A stretch of DNA of 64,000 bases, taken from contig OZ193910.1 of assembly GCA_964276515.1 (NCBI GenBank), positions 2,356,001 through 2,420,000 on the forward strand, in the 5' to 3' direction. Made by a program: the position numbers and the translations under genes. The stretch's first letter is position 1; each line of letters opens with the position of its first letter. Source of the DNA: Gordius albopunctatus (taxonomy: Eukaryota). Below, piece by piece: positions 42,457 to 55,793 of the stretch. A model generated the notes under the pieces. It ran no database searches, was not told the DNA's origin, and saw nothing but the letters and a program-made list of their open reading frames with translations.

Positions 42457-43003
42457 ATGTTTATTGAAAATAATAAAATATTTGTTACAGTTGGTACCAC
42501 ATCATTCGATAGACTTATTGAGACTGTATGTTCCAAAGAATTACAACATATATTTAAAGAACTTGGATATACGTCAATAGATATCCAACTTGGCAATGGA
42601 ACATTTATTCCACCTAAGAATATAATACCCGATTTTAATTGCAATTGGTATCGATACAAAAATAACATTGACGTTGATATTAAGCAAGCTTCTTTAGTTA
42701 TAAGTCATGCAGGTAGATAAATATTTAAAAATTAGTAACTTGGTGATAATAGGTGCTGGTAGTACGATTGAAGTTTTAGAAGCCAACAAAAAATTAATAG
42801 TTGTTTTAAATGAAAATTTAATGGATAACCATCAGGCAGAACTGGCTTATAAAATGTATCAAGAAAAGTATCTTTTTTATTCAACTTGTAAAAATTTGGC
42901 CTCTGATATTAAATCTTTTAATTTTGAAAACACTGTAAAATACATTCCTGGCAACCCTAAAATATTTGTTGAATTTATGAATGATTATTTTTCTATTACA
43001 TAA
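42457..43003 (+). CDS. ALG13: UDP-GlcNAc transferase catalytic subunit ALG13 (short, stand-alone form, ~168 aa); exons 42457-42712 and 42753-43003
   Basis: FVTVGTTSFD.LI, Q.G.G, ASLVISHAG|AGS..E.L, VV.NE.LMDNHQ.ELA motifs joined by a 40-nt GT-AG intron. Confidence 0.95.
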
Positions 43004-44862
43004 TATTTAATATAAGCCACTGACAAACATGTTAATTTATTATGAAATCTTCAATTCTATTCAGTTCCTTGTAAATGATTGTTAATATTTTTTTAAATAA
43101 ATACATAGCTTGAAAAATGTTAAATCATTCTTGTTACATGTTATATATTTATTCATGTTAAAAGATTTTTATTGAAGGAAAATATAGACTTTTTGATCCT
43201 AAATAAAATAAGGTGTCTGTTTTACATAAAAAACAATAATATATATTTAAGGCAATCACATTTTTAAATGTTTATTTAGATTCCACAATTAATCTTAAAT
43301 ATATTTTAGTTATCTCATGGCTGTAGTTAATTATATTAAAATTAATTTAAAACTTAAGATTGTATAAACCTTGTGTTGGAAAAAATAATCTTTTATATTG
43401 TTATTAATTTTTGTACTTCATATTTTAATTTTGATGGAATAATATTCAAGTAATCTTATAATCATTTTCAGATTTTATACTCTTGATTTATGTTTTTTAT
43501 AAACACCTAAGCAATTTGTGTTTTGCACTAATTTAATTTAAATATACTAGAAAATTAATTGTTCTTACAACAATTATATAAATTGGGAAAAATGATTTAA
43601 CCAATTCGATACTTTTTAGCATATATTGGTAGTATGTAACATTTGTTTTTGTCCTTCTCTTAACTAGATAAATCCATTTTATGGTCCGCCCTCACCTGAA
43701 TAAATTTTTCAAATAACAAAATTGCCATTTTTATATCTAACTTTCCTCCTCCTACACTGACAGATAAATTAAATACCCATTGCAATTGGAATAATTAATA
43801 GTCTATAAAATATTTATTGTAAAAAGTTCTTACAACCAATTTGCCGGAATCACAAAACTAGATTAGAAGATGGTAATAATTATTTTTAATTTCATAAAAA
43901 CTTGGGATTGTGTCTAAATACTTATCTATAAACATTGCAGCCCTCTCTAAAATTTTATTATTAGATTGTCAAAAGTAAGCTCCCATTTTTCATTGAAAAT
44001 TTTGTATACATGCATCACTATGCACAACATTATAAATACTTAATCTTTGATTTGAAAAAAGATTTAAACTTTTACATCTATTTATTATCAAAGAAATAAG
44101 CTTGTAATGGTCTTTTAAATGAGAATTTAACATTCATTATATTACAAGTGTGTATGACCAAGCCATATTTAAAGGTATTTTAGGAATAAAGCCACCTCAT
44201 GTAGGGACCATAAATTTTCAACAGCTCAACAATTATAGAGTGTATCTGTGTAAATTTTTGTGTTTTAAATATTTTTGCTACATGACATTTCTATGGCCTG
44301 AGTTATATTGAGCCGCTAAAACCAGTCATAATTTTTTTGTATGTGAATTTTTATATTTTTAATCGTTGAAGGTTGGTTATATTTATTTGGAAAAAATAAA
44401 GTTTTAAAATTATAACATTTAAAGTACGGAATTAAAGGGGACCCGATAATGATTTAGGAAAGGGCAAATGAACATTTTCCTGAAATTTTAGCCATAATTT
44501 TAATAAATTTTTCGATTTGCCCCCCCCCCCCCCCTCTTTGCTACCCCCATGATGATCGTTATATTCTTCTAGTCTTTTGCAATATGTGCACATCGCAACG
44601 TGCAAATACGTTTATTCCCTTCTGAACAATGATACCAACTCCATTTTTTAGGTACATTGTAAATGTACATTATTAAGTCAAATGTAAACCTAATCCATAT
44701 GCCTATTTTTAAAATTATTATTTTTAATGTGAAAAACATTCATTTCTCAAAATACTATAGTCAATAGCAATTATGAAAAGTTATCATGAAAACTTTATAC
44801 AGGTTTTTTACGTTATAAATATAATTACAGGGAAGTTTTCTTAAAAATGTTTAAGAATCTAA

Positions 44863-47800
44863 TCAGGAAGAAGTATTATTTAATATCCAATCAACATAGG
44901 TTGATACTCTAGTATATACTCCGACGGTTTTGAAACTTCTTGAACAAGGTATGCCCCACGATACGATTCCGTTTATGTAATGAACACCTGAAACAACAAA
45001 ATAACAATTTTAAATATATAGGACTATAAATGCTATACCTAGAGTTGCTAAATTGCTTACTTTTGTGGTGTTGCGTCCTATACCTCGCGGAGGTGTTGCG
45101 TCAATTAACTGTCTCATTTACATTACCTTACTACTTCAGACGTTAATTGACCAATCAAGCATACCTGGCGGAGACACCACTGAATTGATTTATTTATACC
45201 TCGCGTAATGGATTTATTTATAGACACCACTAAACTTGATTGATTTATTCAATTAATTCACGAGTATATAAAAGGAGTTTAAAACTCTTTTTACTCACTT
45301 ACTTTTCTTCCAACGATTTAAATTATATTATACAATAAAGTAATTATACTTTATCCTATATTAATAAACAAGCCCGAAACTTTCTTCAAACTCCAGACGC
45401 GAGCACGCACACTGAGTTGCTTAATATGCGCGTTATCACAATATGTGCTCGCTGTTCGGTGCACTAGGTAGAACATTAGCATATAAAAATGCTCGAGGAC
45501 CGAGCAGAAACTCGAGCAGATGGTAGCTGGAGTTGAAGAAAGTTAGCAATTCAACAACTCTAGCTATACCTATACAATTTAGGCAATTATGAAATGCACG
45601 GGTCCCCCCCCTCTAAATGAAAAAAATTTTTTTTTTCAATACAGAAACCCTTAAAGTTAAAAAAATTTATTTTTGCCCCCCCCCAATCCAAAAGCTGGCT
45701 ACGCCCATGCTGCCTAATGCTTTAATAATTTTTAATTTTTTATTTAAATTTGTAATTTTTTGGTGTATTAAGTATAAATTAAAAAAGCATTTTCAAGTTA
45801 TATTCTATTAACTACTTAACTTTGTTATAAAAACTCTCTGCGCCAATTATGGAGTCGAAAATTTAAAAGACTGAATACCTTCAATAATGCTAAACACTTA
45901 TTTACGTGCACTCAAAAAATAGGGTAATTTATAAAACAATGTTAAATGAAGATAACCCTAGTATGCTAAAATTCAAAGGAGATAATATTAAATTAAAGAA
46001 AGTTGCATAAGCTTTATTAAAAGTCAAACAAATTACACTTTAGAAAATAAATTTAAAAACTAAAAATGGCTTAGTAGAGAAGACTTTTATGAGCTGATTT
46101 AATTTGAAATTCCATAAAAAGTTTTTAATTAATTTCCATCACAAATTTAGTAGGAGAATTTGGTCATTAAATGAAACGTTAGGAATACACATGTTAACAT
46201 TTGAAAAATTTAAAAGGTAAAATTACACTCAGATCCAACCTAATAAATAAGCAAACTTTGCGAATTTTCTCCTACAGTCTACAAAGGTTCATTTTATAAC
46301 TTATTAAATCAAGCACAACCTCTAGAATATTCCACTTGGAATTGCAAAAATTCGCTGAAATTCAATATTTTGAACTAATTTTTGTCCGATTTTGAATCGC
46401 TTTATTACCGTCAATTGAGCATGTCATGGGGGCCCCACTGTCCCCTGAGCAAGTGTCAATTTTTTTGGCATGGTCTCCAGCGCAAAACATGGTTTTTTCG
46501 TTGAATCGCCACGTGTAGAGATCGCTGCAAAAATTGTCCTCTTGGATTTTAACATTTGCCGCTCGCAATGATATAGGGTAAAGTGGCCTGTTAAGTCCTT
46601 AATAGTGGTAAATGTCAAAGTTTTAGAAAACTTATTAAATAAACTGATATATCAATCAAATCTTAATATCCCTTACTTAAATATGTGTCCATATTTGTGA
46701 CATTTTCGATTTTCGCCACTTTTAAATATTATTATATAGTCCATTTGTTTAAATTATTATGATAAATAAATATACTTATTTTATCGGATTGGCGAAACTA
46801 GAGGAATGGTCAGGAGTCAAAGGTCGAACTAACAAAACTCAACCCCTTTTACAACACTACCTCTTGGCTAAAGCCTTGAACCATGGGCGTAGGCAGGGGG
46901 GGCGGCCGCCCCCCCCCCCTGAATGAGAATTTTTCTATTTTTTAATGTAAATTTATGTAAAAATTGGAAAAAATTAGTGTTTCGCCCCCCCCCCCTGATT
47001 GAAATTAAGTTTTATGTTGAAAATTTTTTTTCACGACCTTTTGACGCAAATTTAAATTATATAAGAATTAAATATTGAGATTAGTAGTTGCGTTTGTGTT
47101 AGTTCCTTCATACATCGTTTACATATCCTCTGTACACTGTACTGTTGATTACTAACGTTAAATACCAAAAAAGTACATATCCTCTGTACACTGTACTGTT
47201 GATTACTAACGTTAAATACCAAAAAAGGTCTTGGCGACCTTTTTTTTTTTTTGCTCTCACTTAGTCTCGGCGATTTTTTTTGCTCGCCCCCCCCCCTGAT
47301 CCGAAAACTGGCTACGCCCATGCCTTGAACTAAGAGATCCTCACGTATGTTACACTCGGGTTAAGCTAGTAATTACAGATAACAGTTTGATGCATAAGAT
47401 ACTAATAGGGGAGACCGCGGAGGCTATCTCGACCACAAATAAAAGGTTCGGACAAACATATATACTTTTAAAATTGTTCTCGTCTTCAGTGTTTTTAACC
47501 CATTTAAACCGGACACTATTTTATGGAAAGTCTCTTCTTTTACAAAAATTGAAGCCAATTAATTATCAAACATAATAATATTAATTAATACCGTAAATCG
47601 TATCTTAAGATTTAATAAAAACTGAATTTGAAAATATCAGAAGGTCTTTAAGTATGCAAATTTTTATACTAAACATGGTATTTTTGTGCATGATATATTC
47701 GACGGTAGGCTTTAATGGGTGAGGGAAATATATTATAGCAACAGAATTAATAGGTTTTTTATAGCAGGGTTAGGAAAAAATGAAACTCGTATAACTTCGA

Positions 47801-50800
47801 AAAATGACCGGGATCAACGTGACCTTTAGATTATGCTAAGGTGCCCTCTATTATTTTAAGTCAAAAATCTATACATACTCTTAAGGGCGTGTGCTTAATA
47901 TGAAAAACTGATAAATTTATAAAGTTATAATAATTTATGATAAGATAAATATGGACTTAAATTCGCTTGTTCATCGATATTTCTTAATCTGAATTGTTAT
48001 TTTCGTTAAAAGCACGTGATGTATTTTTTGTTCATTACTTTCAAAGTGGTTGAGGAGAAAGTTCGGTAGAGTGCAACAACGGTTGCATTATTTTATCAAT
48101 TTTTTGCTTCTTATAATATTCATTAAGTAGAACTCTTTCTCCTCTACAAAACTGTGCCAATCGTGATTTTAAGAAATTTAGTTTTTTATTACTTTCGCAA
48201 CGTCAAAATGTAGTATCCAAACGGTAAAAATCAAAATTTTTGACACCTGCTATTCTTCGCTTTTCATCGTGGTCAAAACGCTGTTGAAACAGCCCAAGAC
48301 ATTTGTAAAGTATAAGGAGAAGGTGTAATAGTTGAGTCTACAGCACAAAAATGGTTCGCAAAGTTCAAAAATGGCGATTTTGACATTGCTGACAAGCCCC
48401 GTAGCTGAAGACCCTCGGAATTCGACGTCTCGAAGCACTTTTGAAGGAGGACGGTCGCCAAACAAGTCGTGAATTGGCGGAAATAATCAAGTTCGATCAG
48501 AAAACCATCCTAAATCATCTTCATTCGATGGGATTTGCCTGGGAGCTTGGATCCCTCACGAGATAAACGAAAGCCTCAAAGAAAATCGCCTTCAAATTGC
48601 TTCTCAACATCCCGCCCGTCATCGAGCAACCCGCGGTCATAAACAGCGCTTTTTGTACCGAATCGTCACGGGAGATGAGAAATGCTGTTTGTACGTAAAT
48701 TCGAAGCAAAGAAAGGAGTGGGTGGCTCCTGGAGCGACTCCAAAGCCGAGGGTCAAGCCTGACCTCCATCCAAAAAAGACCATGATCTGCGTTTGGTGGG
48801 ACTGGGAGGACATTCTGCATTGGGAAATTCTGGAAAGGAATGCCACGGTCAACAAGGAGCTCTATACTATATATCCCAGCTACACCGCGTGAATGAGGCT
48901 ATTCGACTCAAAAGACCCCATCAACAAGGCCAGACCATACTCCTTAACGACAACGCAAGGCCCCATGTTGCTCAAGTCGTAAAAGCCGCAATCCAAGAGC
49001 TCTAATGGGAGGTCCTTTACCATCGACGGATTAACATCTTTTCCGCTCTCTCTCGAACCATATCAGGGGCGTTATCTTGGACAATGTAGAGGGCCTTAAA
49101 AACTGGCTCAACAACTTCTTCGATACCAGAGCGGTCGATTTTTGGCGTAATGGCATCGAAAAAATGGTCAAAAGGTGGCAGGTGGTCGTATTATATCATT
49201 GAATAATTTATTGTTATAACAATAAAATATCGTTAAATAAAAGACTTTGATAAAAACTCTACGAACTTTTTCCTTAACCTAGTTTTTTTTAAAACTATCA
49301 TGCACCAGGCTTTATTAATGAATAAGTAAAAGGAAACAGCCCCGCTCTCGATAGGCTCAGGGTTATCATTTCACTTAAAATTCTGTTTATTTAAAGATTA
49401 TTACATTCTTCAAAATTATATATTTACAAATAAATCACATAAAAGATTCTTTTTAAAATAAAAGTTGTTAAAAGTTGAGGGAACATGTTATTTTCTATTA
49501 ATTTACAAAAATCAAAAAATTTAAATTAAAAATCAGATTAAAGGCAACGCGATAGGAATATTTGTATTTATTTTAATAGCTTACTATCGAACTGATAAAT
49601 ACCCCATCCCGCAACCTGACATTGGGCTTTTCTGTCGATAGGAAGGTTTTTAGGCGGCAAACATATGGGACTAACATCTGGTGACAATTTTAATTTCGGA
49701 GAGACCTTGAGGAGTGCTATGTCGTTGTCATATGCTGAATTTTTATATAAATATTAATATTACATGAAATTAAAATTATAATATTACTTCATAGCGAATA
49801 TAGTTATTATAATATACATAATTATATGTATTAGAAAATTTCTTATTTTCCTTATTTGACATAAAAAGTCTTTCTATGTATTAGCTTTAACTGCTTCTAT
49901 CCTCCTATCATTATTCGAGATTATGACTCCAAATCATACCTCAAATATAAAAAGACGAAGGTCATAGTAGTATAGTTGGTCCTTGTGTTTACTAACATCA
50001 TACATCATGGAAACTTAATGCTTCATAACAATACTTTTAAAGAATTTACTCTTGAAGTTATAGAGGATCTTAAAAATTGACAGTCTTATACTAAATGTAA
50101 AAATACTAAAATCGGATTAAAAACTAACTTGTAGGATGATAAGTCGGATATCTCTTGACTAAAATGACGTCGTGCAAAGTGAAAGGATTGGAGTAGTAGT
50201 AATTAGTTGAATGTTTATCATCTATGGCAACTTTGATCATTTTCCAAGATCCTGGATCCATAGAATCGAAACAATGGGCTGCGGTTAGTAGCCAATTTTC
50301 ATTGATGATTGAAGCTGAACAAAAGACTTTACTCCCAAGCCTAACGTATATTCTCAACTGGACTTGCCTGAAATAATATAGATCGTTTTGAGCGAATCTT
50401 ATTATCGCAGCCATGGGTGTAGCCAAGCGGGGGGGGGGCAGGGAGGGGCGGCTGCCCCCCTCTAAATCCAAAAATTTGTTGAAATTCATTAAAATTATGG
50501 CTAAAATTTCAAGAAAAATGATCAAATTGCCCCTCAATTCATTATTGTCCCCCCCTCTAATTCCAATGCTGGCTAAGCCCACGAACGCAGCCGAGGCTTT
50601 TATAGGAGTGGGGAAACTTTCTATAATATTATTTAAGAAGAAAAAAAATCCATTTTTATAAAAAATGCAATCCTAATTTTGCAAAAAAAAATTGGATTTT
50701 AGCTAAAATATTAAAGAAGTTTACAAACTAAAAAACATTGCCATCTCCGTGCTAGCAAGACTTTTTAAATAAACATTTAGCTTTTTTGGCCTCAAAAATG

Positions 50801-53800
50801 GAACTTTTAAAATTGTTACCAATACATCACGCTTTTTTATGGTAAAAAACTTTTTTAATATTTCCAAGATTTAGCATTGTTTTCGATCAGCTGCTGCTTA
50901 CAGATATCCTTAAATTATACGAATCCACAATTAAAAATCTCCTAGAAAAAATTCTAAACTTATCTTTCAATGATACTAGCTGGTTACAAGCTACTCTTCC
51001 AACTAAATTTGGAGGATTAGGAATAAGGTCCCCCTTGACCATTAGCCTAGTAGCCTTTCTCTCGTCTTACAATTTAGTGAAAGATCTAGTTTTTAAATTG
51101 ACCACTCATACGGAAGTTTTCTTAACGCAAACAGCTTTAACATCATGGCTTGAAAATGTAATGCCAGGAACCATTATTCCAAATTCAGTCAAACAACGAG
51201 ACTGAGATGCCAGTATAGTGTCACGCTCTGTCGCTTACCTACTTTCGAGTTGTGACGCCGTACAGCACTTCAATCTCAGCTCACTAACCACTGACTCTGG
51301 TCACGAATGGCTGGAATGCATTCCGAGCAAGTTCTCTGGGCTCTTACTCTCAAGCCCCGAAATTACTTACGCGATCGCATTGAGACTGGGGATCCCAATT
51401 TGCAAGCAATCGACTTGTAAAAATTGTAAGAAACAAATTGATGTTTGGGCCCATCACCCCTTACATTGTAAACTCAACAAATTCCGTTTCATTCGCCATA
51501 AAAAGATCAACCTTTTGATCCAAACCGCTTTACTAAAAGCCGGCTTCCCTTCGATTCTCGAACCATCAGAACCCACTCTTGAGGGTAGAATGCATCCCGA
51601 TGGAACATCCACAATTCCATGGGATGATGGTAGGTTCCTATCTTGGGACTTTACCTGCATCGACGTATTTGCACCCTCTAACAATAAAGCTGACCCACTA
51701 GCTCTAGCGGAAACACGCAAAACCAATAAATACCGTGATATAATCCCTTCTAAAATTTTTATCCCTATCGTGGCTTCCTGTTCCGCTACTTTTGGCAAAC
51801 AGGCATTAGCCTTTTTTAAATTGATAGGAAAGAGATCTCCCGAAGGAAAATACTCCGCACTCTTTCTTTTGCGCCAAAAAATAGGAATTTTAATAGCCAA
51901 ATACAACTATAAGGCATTTTCCGACACCTGGCCTCTGGCCCTCGATGAAGATGAAGAGTAGCTTGGCCTTTTATTTATTTATTGATCGTGTTTTATATTT
52001 TTATTATATATAGACTTCACCTAATAAAGATTTTTAAAAAAACTTATAAGCCATATGTGCATAAACCTTAAATAAATTTTATTCAAGGTGTTATTAGTGG
52101 GGTTTGTTTGGTCGACATTTGGTTTTTTTAGTCGATTTGACACTAGTTAATAGCTTACCATGGAATTTCCCCTCTTGATGAAACTTTACTATTCAATACT
52201 TTTTGTTTTTTCCGCCTAGATTTTTGCTGCGAATATTTGTTTATTCCACAACCTGATCAAAAGATAGAATTTTAAAACTTTTTAAAAACTATTTACTAAG
52301 TTGTTTTTGATTGGCATAGGGGACGCACGCAAGTACTGCTAACGATATTGGCTGCTCACAAGTAAGACCATCTCCTATTAATATTCATTTTAATATTTAT
52401 TTTAAATAATAATTCAGATAATAAGTAGGAAAAAATGAATAATTATTTATATTTACCTATGTAATGCGTTTTGCAAGAGCCTAAGTCTTTATCTTTTTCA
52501 TCGCATTTTAACTTAAGATTTGCGACATTAGCATTGATTCTTTTGAGATTTGCGTTGGCACTTTTAAATCCACTACCGAACAAAATGGTTATATAAATCA
52601 AATATTTTTTTTGAAACTTTTGAAATTAATAATTTATTTAAGCTATTAATAAACTACCTCTTGTAACCTAGCTGTTTACAAGCAATATCATATGTTAGAT
52701 CTTCTTTCCAAGAATCTTTGCAAACGTAGCTCCATTCATTTTTCCACAAAACTTTAAAATTTATGACATGTACTCTGCTATCATTGACAACTTTCATATC
52801 CGTAATTCGAATGTCAGCCACTGGGTGGTATAAATTTCTAGCTAAAATATAAATGCACAAATTATATCAATTATCTTTATTAACCGATAAATAATTTTTG
52901 CACCAAAATATGTTTTTTTGTTAGGCGTCGTTTGTGATGACGCGCGAAGCGGAAAAAGGCGATATGAATTTTTGGGCTAATTTATCAAACTCTTCATTCT
53001 TTTTCTTAATATCTTAATATTCATTGTGAAATTTATCATATATCACGAAAATAACAATTGTAAACAGGAGGCCTTTAAAGTGAAACCGCAGACGATTTTA
53101 TTTTCGCCGCAAAAATAAGATACAAATCATTGTCTACTTTTAGCGCGATGGATTAAAAAATTGAATTGGGTATGTATATGTATGTATATAATTTTATATG
53201 TTTATAGGAAACTTACGACCTTATCAATGCTATTCGTGCAATACCATTGATATATGATAAATTTCACGATTAAGATATTAAGAAAAAGAATGAAGAGTTT
53301 GATAAATTAGCCCAAAAATCACTTCGCTTTATTTCGCTTCGCGCGTCATCACGAACCCCCCGTTAAATATTATTTTATATTAATATGGCGAATCACGACA
53401 AAATAACGCATATTCTAAGTTTAATATTAATTAAAATTAACCAGCGATACCATTAAATTTTGAAAAATGATGAGAAATCTATCAAAATAAGTTTAATATT
53501 AATTAAAATTAACCAGCGATACCATTAAATTTTGAAAAATGATGAAAAATCTATCAAAATCCAACTATAAAGTAATTTTCAAATAAACTTACTTGGAACA
53601 GGCTGTCCTGTATACAGCGAACTCCAGAGGCTTGTAGATGCGTGTAACTATTAAATCAAAAACAATTTTTTTTTGTTAAAATAGATGTAATTATTTTTTG
53701 ATAAGATTTTAATAGTTTTTATAGAAGTCCTTAGATTATATTTAAATTTCCAAAGGAATATGTGATTTTTAAATTAAAAATTTGAGAAAGGTGGTATTTT

Positions 53801-54686
53801 AATAAAAATGACAAAAGTTACAAGGTAAATATTATAAAATTTACTTTAAGTAGGACAAAGGGATGTTTAAACCGACGGTTAATATAAATTACAATTCATT
53901 CCTTAAAAATAGTAATGTTTGTATATCAATAACAGGTTTCACAATTTCGTATTGATCTTCATTTAGGAATAAGAGATATAAAATATTTAATTTTTATGAG
54001 ATTAAAATAAAAGTTGTTTATTTAAAAATGTTTAAAATTGGATTTAAAATGTGTGAAACAATGTTTACAATGTTTGACCTGAAAAGAATTGGAAATCGAA
54101 TGATAAAATACAATTCGAACAATTATTGATTATAATAAATATAATAACTTAATTAAACATTTTATTAATATAATGTAAAATATCACATTCGTCTCGAGTT
54201 TTAATTTTTATTGCATATAATGAATGAAACCATTGAAAATTAAGTTACCATATGTTGGAACAATAACAAGAGATCGGGCATTGGCAATCAGAATATCTAT
54301 ACTATTTAATTTTTGAATCCTATATGAAAGGATCAGGAATTGAACAGAATTGGAAAATGGAATTAGGGGAATTATAAATAGCCTCGATTAAATATATGCA
54401 ATCTTGAGAGCTGTCTGATCTTAGGGGGTTCCTAAATATTTTTTAGGGGTGAGGACGAAGGTCGTATTTTTATTTACACAAAATTAACGACATCAGCCTT
54501 TCCGAATGATTCCGTTTATAAATTATTCCTTGTTCAAATAATTACAAAATGATTCATACAGTTGTTATGTTAGCGCGGATGTCTATTGGATCAATTTAAA
54601 AAGACTTTAATGGCCATAAATCAAAAAAAATTAAAAACATCATATAGTTGCAAAGAATTTACCTTGTACCTTCACAGTTCGCACAA
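44863..54686 (-). CDS. Modular SRCR plus trypsin-like serine protease; exons 52841-52658, 52572-52457, 52374-52297, 52252-52159, 50367-50129, 49734-49585, 46597-46409, 44987-44863; probable upstream exons 54686-54663, 54296-54249, 53647-53593, 53550-53514; start not located
   Basis: The spliced frame gives SRCR W.YVC.DSW......IACKQLGY, a CG linker, PWQV, LTAAHC, DIALL, PICLP, GWG, MFCAG, DTCSGDSGAP, GIVSWG and GVYTRV..Y.DWI. The catalytic triad is intact. The upstream exons are less certain. Confidence 0.85.
45040..45562. mobile_element. hAT-like MITE in a protease intron, with an LTR-like insert at ~45069-45388
   Basis: TAGAGTTG...CAACTCTA ends and perfect 8-bp TSD GCTATACC. The insert starts TGTTGCG and contains CCAAT, TATATAAAA and AATAAA. 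Confidence 0.8.
46882..47322. mobile_element. CATGGGCGTAGCCAG-family MITE with an internal ~55-bp tandem duplication
   Basis: 15-bp TIR and perfect 8-bp TSD CCTTGAAC. Confidence 0.9.
48047..49281 (+). mobile_element. Near full-length decayed mariner transposon in a protease intron
   Basis: TIRs GGTTGAGGAGAAAGTTCG / CGAACTTTTTCCTTAACC. Transposase pieces WFAKFKNGDF, RIVTGDEK, KK.MICVWWD and DNARPH with stops and frameshifts; about 1.23 kb. Confidence 0.9.
50412..50583. mobile_element. CATGGGCGTAGCCAG-family MITE
   Basis: TIRs with a 7/8 TSD (ATCGCAGC/AACGCAGC). It explains the spurious N-terminus of ORF 50124-50582. Confidence 0.85.
50737..52042 (+). mobile_element. Second 5'-truncated CRE-like non-LTR retrotransposon, antisense in a protease intron
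   Basis: W.QATLP.KFGGLGIR at ~50980-51030, then ORF 51218-51961 with CCHC, RH, PDG, WDFT and AE.RK..KY. AATAAA and an A tail follow. Collinear with, but diverged from, the 28972 copy. The 5' boundary is approximate. Confidence 0.85.
52924..53361. mobile_element. MITE with ~130-bp TIRs and 4-bp TSD
   Basis: GTGATGACGCGCGAAGCG...TTTTTGGGCTAATTTATCAAACTCTTCATTC is inverted at the right end, with GTTA on both flanks. Confidence 0.82.
53416..53559. repeat. 72-bp tandem duplication containing a candidate 37-nt micro-exon
   Basis: Units 53416-53487 and 53488-53559 differ at one base. Confidence 0.9.
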
Positions 54687-55793
54687 CTAACTTAAAGGAA
54701 AAAAATTGTTTTTGTACGAAATTTGGAAAAAAAGTTAGTTCTTATTTGGTAATTGGTACGTTTGAATAATCGTATCGGAATTAAAATGTATATTAAAGTG
54801 AAATTGAATTTTTACCAAAATGAGAAAAACAAAGATTAACATCAACGATTTAATCTTAATCTATATAAAATGTCGTAAATTGTATGACTAGTAGCGGGCC
54901 GGACTTGAGGCCAAATTTAATCATATAAGCAGGGCTCGGGTTGGTCAGATGGGACAGCCCGGCTCGAGGTTCGAACCAGGCACAAATTCAACTAAAGCAA
55001 ACTAAATAAAATAGGATTGAAATAAATTCAACCCGATATTAGATATATTCAGCCTACATAATGTAGCTTCCAAACTTCAGCCTTTTCCCCTGAGTATTAT
55101 ATTTTGACCATAATTGCAAATCTTATTATAATATATATATATATTAGATATTTAAATATAAAATATGTAAACATCTCTAATTCTAAGTGTTCATTTATTA
55201 TAACTGTTAAAAATATAATTTATTTTTATTTTACAAGTGTTGGTTAAATAAATTGTAACAAAATATATTATAATACAAACTAGATTTATTTTGTGTTTAT
55301 ATGATAAGACAATTTTAGAAGTAATTTGCGAAGGGGGCTAAGACTAGGTTGGAATACCCTATGAGGTTGAGAGATAAGAGCCCTAGGGCTCTTAATTTTC
55401 CCTCAAAATAATACTGTTTAAATAGCAAATTTTTGTTAGAAAAAATAAATTTTTTATCAAGATAATAATGCATTTTTTTTACAATACTATACTGATAGTA
55501 TAGAGTTTAATATATTTAAATTTTTTCCCTTATCAAAGCCCAAGCCTGGCCCGCACTTTTTTAGTGCTCATTTTCAGGTCCGGCCCAGCCCGGCCCCTGC
55601 AGACCTCTAATCCGGATCACCACTATACAATGTGCCTCTCAAGATGGCGGAAAAAAGGGTAGACATTTTGTGCGCTGATAAGCAGTCTATCTAGTCTATG
55701 AATACATGACAAAAATCGGTATTAACCTATGGTGGACATGATTAACGAAAATCGGCTAAGGTGGTATGTTATCAAAATAAATAGTTTGGGTTA

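Noticed and set aside
50737..52060. Same HINE target site or long TSD for the second CRE-like copy
   Set aside because: The flanks lack the CCATAAATTGCATAGCAA motif and no convincing TSD was found.
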